DNA from: Thermoplasmatota archaeon
Lineage (GTDB): Archaea; Thermoplasmatota; Thermoplasmata; UBA10834
NCBI GenBank assembly: GCA_018818785.1
Contig: JAHIRF010000005.1
Coordinates: forward strand, 207,093 to 271,092
DNA: 64,000 nt
Direction: 5' to 3'
Within the stretch, counting starts at the first letter, position 1, and each line of letters begins with the position of its first letter. The position numbers and the translations under genes are program-made. Positions 54,852 to 62,631 of this stretch are shown piece after piece. The notes under the pieces are model-generated. The model ran no database searches. It was not told where the DNA came from and saw only the letters and a program-made list of their open reading frames with translations.

Positions 54852-56027
54852 ATGGACGATGAGCCACATTTGCCAACGCGCCAAATGAGAGCGGATATGA
54901 TATTGAGAATCTACATCGCCTCGATAGCTGCGATAGGCGGCATCACTGCATTCTCATCTTCCGTGTTAGCGTACCCAGCGAATATGCCTCAGGAGACATC
55001 GGTGTTCATATTTCAGATATTGATCGTGCTCGCAATCATTTTCCCGATCAACCTTCTTCTCTATTCGGCATTGCTACGTGTTCTATCTCTTACAGTTGGC
55101 GACTCCATCGGAAGACTTCCAGGCCGCGCGCGGCAATTCGCATGGTCAATCGTCCTGACCGTGCTGATTTCCAGCTCCCTAGTTGCATTGGTCTACACCT
55201 GGTTGTCGATATCCTGGTATGACCTGTACGGACCGGCTGACGATGGATTGCGAATATTCTATGCGCTGATCGCCTCTGCAATGATCTTCATAGCCTACCT
55301 CGTGCCGACCCATTTCCTCGTCGGTCTCAAAAAGAGGATCAACGTGATTATAGCTGGAGTCATTGCGCTCATTAACCCGATATTGTGGTACTTGATGGAT
55401 ACGGACGCATTGGACTGGGGAACATTGATAAGTTACTCATTCCTGGCAATATTCCTAGATATTCTATTGATAGCATTCCTGGTAATCTGGCATGAGCAGA
55501 GATACCTCTCTGATCCTTCACGAGCGGAATATTCACCGCGGATCATATTCCGGGCCTCGATTTCATACTTCGGCGTTCTAGCGGTCGTACTCATCCTGAT
55601 GTTTGCGATGTTGATCAACGATGATGATGAGCACTATTCTTCAACTCCAACGACTCAGCTAACAAGAGCGCTTCTGGATACAGAAGATGGATGGAAATTC
55701 ACGCTCTCTGCAGTATCTATTGATACGCGTTGGACGGAAATAGATATTCTGATATCTGATGGAACATACAGCGATGACTGGACCAACATCAGCACAAAAG
55801 ATCTAGATGATGGTTCATTCACTACCAAGAACTACGGGGCCGCCTCATTGAACACTCTCACAGTGTTCATGAACATGACCGATATTTCGGGCAACGGATA
55901 TGTGAACCAGGGCGATTACTTCGCCCTGACAGCGAACGCATTTGCCAATACAACTACCTACACGGTGATTTTGATATACGCTCCGACGGCCAGCGAGATG
56001 GCCCGTATGACGTTCAGTGGCCCCTGA
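54852..56027 (+). CDS. Hypothetical polytopic membrane protein with a C-terminal extracellular beta-rich domain
   Basis: About 7 hydrophobic segments, then ~130 aa rich in T/S/D/N with several N-x-S/T sequons (NISTK, NMTD, NTTT). Confidence 0.6.
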   Translation: MDDEPHLPTRQMRADMILRIYIASIAAIGGITAFSSSVLAYPANMPQETSVFIFQILIVLAIIFPINLLLYSALLRVLSLTVGDSIGRLPGRARQFAWSIVLTVLISSSLVALVYTWLSISWYDLYGPADDGLRIFYALIASAMIFIAYLVPTHFLVGLKKRINVIIAGVIALINPILWYLMDTDALDWGTLISYSFLAIFLDILLIAFLVIWHEQRYLSDPSRAEYSPRIIFRASISYFGVLAVVLILMFAMLINDDDEHYSSTPTTQLTRALLDTEDGWKFTLSAVSIDTRWTEIDILISDGTYSDDWTNISTKDLDDGSFTTKNYGAASLNTLTVFMNMTDISGNGYVNQGDYFALTANAFANTTTYTVILIYAPTASEMARMTFSGP

Positions 56028-56538
56028 TGCGGTCCGGACTCCCAGTTCAGGTCCTCTGAAAAGACTCGTGTTCGACCATGGTGAAACGGTCGTTTCTTCT
56101 TGACAACTGTGAGAATTCTTCAACCAACTAATGTCCTACTTCGCCTTCGCACGATTCGTTGCTTCATGGCAGATCGAGCTGATATGTCGATACCTGCATC
56201 AAGTGTTGTCAACGATGATTCTTGGGGCTTGTAAGATTCCGCACGTTAAGGTCCAGAGCCGCCTACGACTTCACGAGTCTTCGCTCGGGACGTGTTCATC
56301 CGCATGGCTGTGTCAGTGGTGGTTGAGCATCATGCCGTGGTGGTAGGAGTCCCGCTCTATGGGTACTCAGCCGGTGCGAATGCGTGGCAATCTCTCCAAC
56401 TGAGTGCCTATGATCTCGCTTATGCATTGATGATGAAAAAGGATGAAAAGAGGCCGGCTCTTCTCTCTGAAATATCTCCGCTGATAACCGTTGCATCGAT
56501 AGTCCGTATCCTTTCAATCACCGCCAGTATCTGAATGA

Positions 56539-57297
56539 CTAGGCGAGTTCTTTTTCGCGGAACAGGTACGCGCCGAGGATCAGGAATGTGATTGTCAGAA
56601 CGATTATTACTAGGACTGAGTCAAAGAAGCCGGTGGCCTGTCCGTAATGGCTGATGCTTCCATAGTCCACCCATTCGAAGCCTATGCTTCTCAGATAGTG
56701 TCTGATGGACGCTTTCTGTATCACGCCGGGGAGCGATCCTATGAACGCTTCCCATATGAATGCATAGAAAAGACCGAAGAATACCGGCTTCTTGAAAAGA
56801 ACACCCATAGATAGGAACAGCGCAGAATACACAACCGAACCAATGATGACGAGGCTTGTGAACGCGAGGTATATGCTCAGGCTATCGGAGTCAATCCCCT
56901 TCTGAGCGAAGAACGCAACGAACCCTGCGGTAGTGATGATGATCATGGATATTGCGACCGCTATCACCAATGGCACGTAATAGCCAGCATACGAGTATGC
57001 GCGGTCGAGCGGTGCAGTAGCCACATGCGTGATGCTCTTGTCGTCTATCTCGTCGCGAATCAGTGACGAACCATAGATCATCGCCATGACCGGCATGAAG
57101 AACAGAAGTATGAGTGTGTCCAGGAGATTCACCCCTTCGTCCAGGGGCTCAACGTCCTGTGTGCCCGCATATCCCATCACGGCCGCGACGAACACCGCGA
57201 CCAGCGTGGTGATCACTGCTTTTCGACTGAACAGCAGCTTCCTGATGGAGTACCGCGTTATCGCGATTATCCCGGTGAATGCTCTGTCAAGATCCAT
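56539..57297 (-). CDS. ABC-2-type transporter permease
   Basis: Six hydrophobic segments. Last gene of a four-gene ATPase-permease-ATPase-permease run. TAG stop. Confidence 0.7.
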   Translation of the reverse strand: MDLDRAFTGIIAITRYSIRKLLFSRKAVITTLVAVFVAAVMGYAGTQDVEPLDEGVNLLDTLILLFFMPVMAMIYGSSLIRDEIDDKSITHVATAPLDRAYSYAGYYVPLVIAVAISMIIITTAGFVAFFAQKGIDSDSLSIYLAFTSLVIIGSVVYSALFLSMGVLFKKPVFFGLFYAFIWEAFIGSLPGVIQKASIRHYLRSIGFEWVDYGSISHYGQATGFFDSVLVIIVLTITFLILGAYLFREKELA

Positions 57298-57299
57298 AT

Positions 57300-58250
57300 C
57301 TATCTCCCCACCAGGTATCTGAATATGGCTTCCAGGTTATCGTCCAGGCTGTACATTGTGCGGACGGCGCAGCCAGACTGTTGGATTAGTTCGGGAAGCC
57401 TGTTGAAGAAGTCGTCTGGTCTCAAGACCTGGACGGTTATGCTGTTCCGGTCATCGCCGTATGCGACGGATACGGTGTATCCCTCGCCCAACAGGATCTT
57501 TGCCAGAGACTCTATCCCTTCGCCTTCAACGATTATGTTGTGTGGATGCTTGTCGATCAAGTCCCTTATCTCATAGATATCTCCAGTTGCAACTGCTCGA
57601 CCTTTGTAGATCAATACCACATCGTGGGTCATCCTCTCTATCTCGAACAGGACATGGGAACTGACCACCACACTGTGACCATGGTCCTTGTTGAGGCTCT
57701 TTATGAGGTCGATCAACTCTTTCCTCACGAGAGGGTCGGTGCCGCTCAACGGCTCGTCCAGGATCAGCAGGTCTGGGTCGTGTATCAGAGCCCCAGCGAT
57801 CTTCATCCTCTGCTTCATACCTCTACTGTATCCGCCAGTCTTCCTATCCAACGCGCGCCTCATCCCCACGAGGTCGGACACCTCTATCGTTCTCTTCGAG
57901 AGCGTGTCGTCCTTCATGCCATGAAGCCCGCCTATCAGTCGCAGGTACTCTCGCCCTGTTGCCTCTGTCGGGAGCGATTCGTAATCCGGGCAGAATCCTA
58001 TGGACGAATGCAGGGGAGCGTTCCTCCAGGGTTTCTCGCCCAGCACGGTTATGTCTCCAGCATTTGGTCTTATGAGTCCGAGCGCAAGCTTGAACAGAGT
58101 GCTCTTTCCTGAACCGTTTGGTCCAACTATGCCGGTGATCCCCGGGCGGATCCTGAGGTTGAAATTGTTCACCCCTATCACCTCGCCGTACCACTTGCTG
58201 AGCGCGACCGTTTCGATGACAGTATCAGATTCAGATGCACGCCCGGTCAT
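57300..58250 (-). CDS. ABC transporter ATP-binding protein
   Basis: Walker A GPNGSGKST, signature YSRGMKQR, Walker B LLILDEPLSG. ATG at 58250 makes an ATGA overlap with the upstream permease. TAG stop. Confidence 0.88.
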   Translation of the reverse strand: MTGRASESDTVIETVALSKWYGEVIGVNNFNLRIRPGITGIVGPNGSGKSTLFKLALGLIRPNAGDITVLGEKPWRNAPLHSSIGFCPDYESLPTEATGREYLRLIGGLHGMKDDTLSKRTIEVSDLVGMRRALDRKTGGYSRGMKQRMKIAGALIHDPDLLILDEPLSGTDPLVRKELIDLIKSLNKDHGHSVVVSSHVLFEIERMTHDVVLIYKGRAVATGDIYEIRDLIDKHPHNIIVEGEGIESLAKILLGEGYTVSVAYGDDRNSITVQVLRPDDFFNRLPELIQQSGCAVRTMYSLDDNLEAIFRYLVGR

Positions 58251-59104
58251 TTTCCGATCACCTGCCTCTGTATCTTCATCCACACGATCACCGAAGGCAC
58301 TACGATGAACATTGCGATGAATGCCGCAAGACCCGCTCCTGGGATTTCCGTCGGTATGCCAAATCCGAATATCCAGTCGATTGCATAGGAGAGTGATTCC
58401 ACGGGACTTATCACGCCCCATGCAGGGTCGAAATCAGAGAATATCCCCGAGACCAGGGTCAGGGCGAAGAACGACATGAATGTCCCGACGGCTGCGTAGC
58501 TCTTGCGTTTGGTGAACGAAGAGATCATGAGACCGTACGGTACGAAGAACACGGTGACCAGGGTTCCCGCAACGGCCGTCCGTCCGAGTATGCCCGCGCT
58601 GTGCCAGTAGTCATCCCCCGTTTGAGTGGCTATTGAAACGATGCCTACCAGGACGGGCGGGATGGCGCACAGAATGCCCATGACTATCAATGCCGCCCCG
58701 GTCTTGCCGATGAGATAGTCCCTGACCTTGATCGCCCTGGAGAAATAGAGCACGAAGGAGCTGTTTGCGAAGTCTCCCGATATCAGGTCGGATGTGAGAA
58801 CAGCTGCGAGCAGCATGGCGAACACTGCGAGGATCCCGTCTCCCATGTAGCCGCTCATGACGTCCCCCTCCAGTCCCTCATGGGGGGAAAATACGGTCGT
58901 GAGTATCTGCGAGACGTGGACTAGGAAGAAACCGAGGGCGAGGAGTATTATTACACCGACGGATTTGATCTTGTGGTTCAAGATACTTCTCGCGATCACG
59001 TAGAACCTGGCGTTCTGAGCGGCCCTCTGTCCCTTCCAAGGACGGTATTCGATCGGGTTAATTCCCACCCGCGCCACCTCCCTTGAACGAGCTGAGGAAC
59101 ACAT
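58247..59104 (-). CDS. ABC transporter permease-like membrane protein
   Basis: N-terminal INPIEYRPWKGQR, then six hydrophobic segments. The start is uncertain (59104 ATG or 59068 GTG). Confidence 0.7.
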   Translation of the reverse strand: MCSSARSREVARVGINPIEYRPWKGQRAAQNARFYVIARSILNHKIKSVGVIILLALGFFLVHVSQILTTVFSPHEGLEGDVMSGYMGDGILAVFAMLLAAVLTSDLISGDFANSSFVLYFSRAIKVRDYLIGKTGAALIVMGILCAIPPVLVGIVSIATQTGDDYWHSAGILGRTAVAGTLVTVFFVPYGLMISSFTKRKSYAAVGTFMSFFALTLVSGIFSDFDPAWGVISPVESLSYAIDWIFGFGIPTEIPGAGLAAFIAMFIVVPSVIVWMKIQRQVIGK

Positions 59105-60059
59105 CCTCCAGACTCAACTTGTCCGGATGGAATCTTCTGATCTGTACGCCGTTCTCGTGAGCGAGCTTGAATACCCTCTTCCCATCCGAACACCCTCGTA
59201 CGGTGAATGCAATCTGGTTCCAACCCTCCTCTTTTCTGTCCATGATTTCACAGACCTGCGCGAGCGCATCGATGAATCTGGTCATGGCTTGTTCGCCTCC
59301 GCGCACGGTCAGTTTCTGAAGGTCTTCTTCACCGGCCATGAGGACCTCCATCTTCCCTTGTCGAACGAGCTTGCCGTTGCTGATTATGACCGCGTATTCG
59401 CAGACCAGTTCGACCTCTTGTAGGATATGCGACGATACGATGACCGTCTTCTCGGATGCCCCTATCTTCTTGATCAGGTCGAGCATCTCCTCCCTTCCGT
59501 TCGGGTCCATGCCGCTCGTCGGCTCGTCGAGGAACAAGAGAGATGGGTCGTGGATCACCGCCTGCGCCAGTTTGATCCTCTGCTTCATCCCGGTCGAGTA
59601 TGATTTGATGAGCCTGTACCTCTCCTCACCGATGCCGACGAAATCCAACACTTCATGGGTCCGCTGGATGGCATCCTTTGAGGACATGCCGGAGATCTTG
59701 CCCATGTAGGACACGAGCTCGACGGAACTCATGTTCGGGATGAGGCAGTCGTGCTCTGGCATGTAGCCTATGTCGTCCCTTATCTGCAGATACTGCAGCT
59801 GTGAATCGAGACCACTGACGGAGATTCTTCCCTTATCGAGAGAAACGAGTCCCAAAGAAGCTTTGATGAAGGTGCTTTTCCCAGCGCCGTTCGGTCCTAG
59901 CAAGCCGATTATACCTCTGGGAATTTCTACTGTGAAATCATCTAGTGCAACGACGGGACCAAATCGAACGGTCACTCCCATCGCCGAGAGATGGGGTGAA
60001 CTGCTCGTTTTGTTATCCTCTGATTGGTGGACCACTTCCCCGATCATCAGCAAGTGCAT
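59058..60059 (-). CDS. ABC transporter ATP-binding protein
   Basis: Walker A GPNGAGKST, signature YSTGMKQR, Walker B LLFLDEPTSG. Start candidates are 60059, 60047 and 59981. Confidence 0.88.
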   Translation of the reverse strand: MHLLMIGEVVHQSEDNKTSSSPHLSAMGVTVRFGPVVALDDFTVEIPRGIIGLLGPNGAGKSTFIKASLGLVSLDKGRISVSGLDSQLQYLQIRDDIGYMPEHDCLIPNMSSVELVSYMGKISGMSSKDAIQRTHEVLDFVGIGEERYRLIKSYSTGMKQRIKLAQAVIHDPSLLFLDEPTSGMDPNGREEMLDLIKKIGASEKTVIVSSHILQEVELVCEYAVIISNGKLVRQGKMEVLMAGEEDLQKLTVRGGEQAMTRFIDALAQVCEIMDRKEEGWNQIAFTVRGCSDGKRVFKLAHENGVQIRRFHPDKLSLEDVFLSSFKGGGAGGN

Positions 60060-60104
60060 GGGCTGGTAGATATAAGCATTTAAGCAAGGATTGCGGAGGT
60101 CTTT

Positions 60105-61073
60105 TCAGGACAGCTCGATCGTTCCGATGACTCTGAGCTTCCCGCCTTCTAGATGTGCGACGACTCCCCTCGACCCCGGTTTGAATACGAGATCCTTCTG
60201 CAGCGTAAGTGTGAGTGTCGGGGATCTCCAGTCTTCACATTCAGTTGATACATCGTCCACCCTGGCTGGCGAGAACTGCATCCAGTGGCCGACATGGACC
60301 ACCATCCCGCTCTTGAGTTGCGAGGGCCAGTACTTCACTATTCGGCACTTACCCTTGAGCGACGATCTGCACACAAGCTCGTCGTCGGTCGAAAGCACCA
60401 TACCCCTGTCGAGATCCGCCGCGGAGACACCCTTCAGCGCCAGACCGACCCGGTCTCCTCTGACCGCCCAGTCATAGTCGTCATCGTGTTTCTGTATCGA
60501 CCTGACGATGGCCTGCTTATCTGTCGGCAGGACTTTCATCGAGTCGTGTTTCCTCATGTGTCCATCAGCGACTCGCCCTAGAACGACCGTTCCCACACCT
60601 TTGACGTCGAAGTAGTGGTCGATCGGGACGGAACCTTTGGATGTACCGGTCGGTTCAGACCCATCGAGTTCCTCCGCTTCTTCGAGCAAGAGCTCTCTTA
60701 TCTTCACAGGGTCATCTTCGATTACAGAGTACTGCTCCAGCGCAGTGCCCTTGATGAATGGGGCGAACTGCTCCTTCGTGATGTAGTTGCGTGGGAGTAT
60801 CCAGCCCTTCCCAACGCCTGCGCAGTCAAGCATGATGACGCATTCGCCGAATACATGGTCGATCTTGTCCACGACCAATACGGCGCAGTCCGCCATCGAG
60901 ACGACATGGAACAAGGACGATAGACGGTCGGGGTACTTGGTCGGCTCCACGCAGGTGAGCGTGGTCTCCCCTTTCTTGACATCATAGAATGTCATGTCCG
61001 ACTCTGTCGATTTCTTGCCTATCCCCTTGGAGAATTCAGGGGAGCCAAGAACGGCTACCGTAAGATTGCTCAT
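60105..61073 (-). CDS. EF-Tu/EF-1alpha-like protein with an apparently degenerate G domain
   Basis: Beta-barrel domain-2-like region (FDVKGVGTVVLGRVADGHMRKHDSMKVLP...GDRVGLALKGV). The N-terminal domain lacks a canonical GxxxxGK[ST] (has GSPEFSKGIGKKST) and lacks DxPGH (has EPTKYPDR). Confidence 0.6.
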   Translation of the reverse strand: MSNLTVAVLGSPEFSKGIGKKSTESDMTFYDVKKGETTLTCVEPTKYPDRLSSLFHVVSMADCAVLVVDKIDHVFGECVIMLDCAGVGKGWILPRNYITKEQFAPFIKGTALEQYSVIEDDPVKIRELLLEEAEELDGSEPTGTSKGSVPIDHYFDVKGVGTVVLGRVADGHMRKHDSMKVLPTDKQAIVRSIQKHDDDYDWAVRGDRVGLALKGVSAADLDRGMVLSTDDELVCRSSLKGKCRIVKYWPSQLKSGMVVHVGHWMQFSPARVDDVSTECEDWRSPTLTLTLQKDLVFKPGSRGVVAHLEGGKLRVIGTIELS

Positions 61074-61172
61074 CTGGTTCCGTGTAGGGTGCCCTGATAA
61101 TCAATTTTTCGACGCAACCGATAGGCAATATACTCGAATACGCGATTTGGGTAATGTAGCGGTGGTGTCAAG

Positions 61173-62213
61173 ATGGATGAGAAAGGATTCGCCAGATTCT
61201 GCAAGATCAGCAAGCGGTTGCGAAGACATCTGGATGATAAGGGCATAGCGGACAATATTGCGGTGGTCAAGGAGTTCGAATCGTTCCTGAGGAAGAATCG
61301 CAAGCGAAGGAGCACGGGCACCGCTACCGAGGCAGATGTCGAGGCGTATTCCGAGCATCTCATCAAGTCCGGGAAGAACACATGGGACACATACATATCG
61401 TTGCTGAGATACGCCCGTTTCTTGGATGCCAGGAAAGTTGAATTGTCGATACTCAATCGCTTGGATGGGGTGAATGTCCTCCCCGATCTCTCCAACACTC
61501 TCAAGAAGAGGGTCGGAGCCAGAAGACAAGCGGAAATCCTAGGTGGGTTGGAGTTCCCATCGCTCGGAAGCTCGAATACAAGCTGGCCCGTGATAACGAA
61601 GCAATTCATGGAACGTCTGGAAGGAAATCTCACTCAGAAGCGTTGCAGGAGCCTTCTGCTGACTGGACCGCACGCCGGCCCGCCAGAGGATTACAAGCAT
61701 GAGCGAGAGTTGTTCTTGAAATCGAATGATCTCGACGACTTCTTAAGGAAGAGACATAGACGATCGATCAAGACTCTAGAGACTCACATGAAGGAGAAGA
61801 CTCTCTTCTACACTCAAGAGATAGACAGGGACGTGCTGGAGTTCGTCAAAGGGAATCAGGAGATAATGGGCGGAGTGAGGGCCGGCGATGTCATCTATGA
61901 AACCAAGATTCCGTACATGACCCGTGAATACCTCGCAGAACGCGACACGAAGATGAAGCGGTATTACGGCTGTCATTGTCCATGGGCGCGCGAATCGATC
62001 CTATCGGGCGTCAATATCCCATCCGATTTCTGTTACTGCAGCGCAGGATATCACAAGCGTCCATGGGATGTGGTGTTCGGTCAGCCAGTCTGGGTCGACG
62101 TGGAACAATCGATCCTTGAGGGCGATCCAATATGCAGATTCTCGATCCGCATTCCAAAAGAGTATTCGAAACCCCCGGCGAAAATGAAACGCCGCCGAGG
62201 GGCAAATCGATGA
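61173..62213 (+). CDS. Hypothetical protein with a C-terminal Cys/His-rich module
   Basis: Coding-like 346-aa ORF. C-terminus YYGCHCPWARESI...FCYCSAGYHKRPWD...GDPICRFSIRIP. No family assigned with confidence. Confidence 0.6.
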   Translation: MDEKGFARFCKISKRLRRHLDDKGIADNIAVVKEFESFLRKNRKRRSTGTATEADVEAYSEHLIKSGKNTWDTYISLLRYARFLDARKVELSILNRLDGVNVLPDLSNTLKKRVGARRQAEILGGLEFPSLGSSNTSWPVITKQFMERLEGNLTQKRCRSLLLTGPHAGPPEDYKHERELFLKSNDLDDFLRKRHRRSIKTLETHMKEKTLFYTQEIDRDVLEFVKGNQEIMGGVRAGDVIYETKIPYMTREYLAERDTKMKRYYGCHCPWARESILSGVNIPSDFCYCSAGYHKRPWDVVFGQPVWVDVEQSILEGDPICRFSIRIPKEYSKPPAKMKRRRGANR

Positions 62214-62247
62214 ACATCCAGGTGGATCCCTGACGATCATGTCGTGA

Positions 62248-62568
62248 TCATCGATATTTCGAGTATCTGTCCAGGAGGTCGAGGATGTCGTCCGTGACGC
62301 GCGCGGGATACGAGCCAGCGTTCTCCTGATCAATGACGTATTCTCTGGCAGCTGCGATGGAAATACGGGACCCTTTCGCTATTACGGATGCGACTACTGT
62401 GGATGCGATCGCCTCGTCGATTTCGTGGGCGGTCATGATATCTCTTATCGCGTATCTGAACGTCGAGACCCTGTTCAGGTTCAACATCGGAATCCTTTCG
62501 CTATCCGGATTCGGTCGCTTTCTCACATAGCTGCTCTTCCGTCCCTTGTACTTCCTGCGATACGCCAA
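62248..62568 (-). CDS. Hypothetical protein (basic N-terminus)
   Basis: 106-aa ORF from TTG at 62568, or 79 aa from ATG at 62487. No family recognised. Confidence 0.4.
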   Translation of the reverse strand: MAYRRKYKGRKSSYVRKRPNPDSERIPMLNLNRVSTFRYAIRDIMTAHEIDEAIASTVVASVIAKGSRISIAAAREYVIDQENAGSYPARVTDDILDLLDRYSKYR

Positions 62569-62631
62569 TAATACCTCTCCGTATGAATATCCATACCTCT
62601 CCTTGCTACTTAAATATTGACTGGGTTTGGT

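Larger units (their letters stand above)
51797..56538. other. Loosely packed islet of unrecognisable membrane/secreted protein genes next to tRNA-Arg(TCG)
   Basis: Four plus-strand ORFs with no family signature I recognise. Intergenic spacers are 160-550 nt, against near-zero spacers elsewhere. Hand counts of five 60-nt lines gave 42-52 % G+C. No integrase was seen. Confidence 0.4.

Noticed and set aside
51720-56538. The islet as an integrated mobile element inserted at tRNA-Arg(TCG).
   Set aside because: No integrase, recombinase or transposase gene is present. I could not find a direct repeat of the tRNA 3' half (GGGTTCAAATCCCACCGGGCCC) at the far end. I kept it only as an atypical islet.
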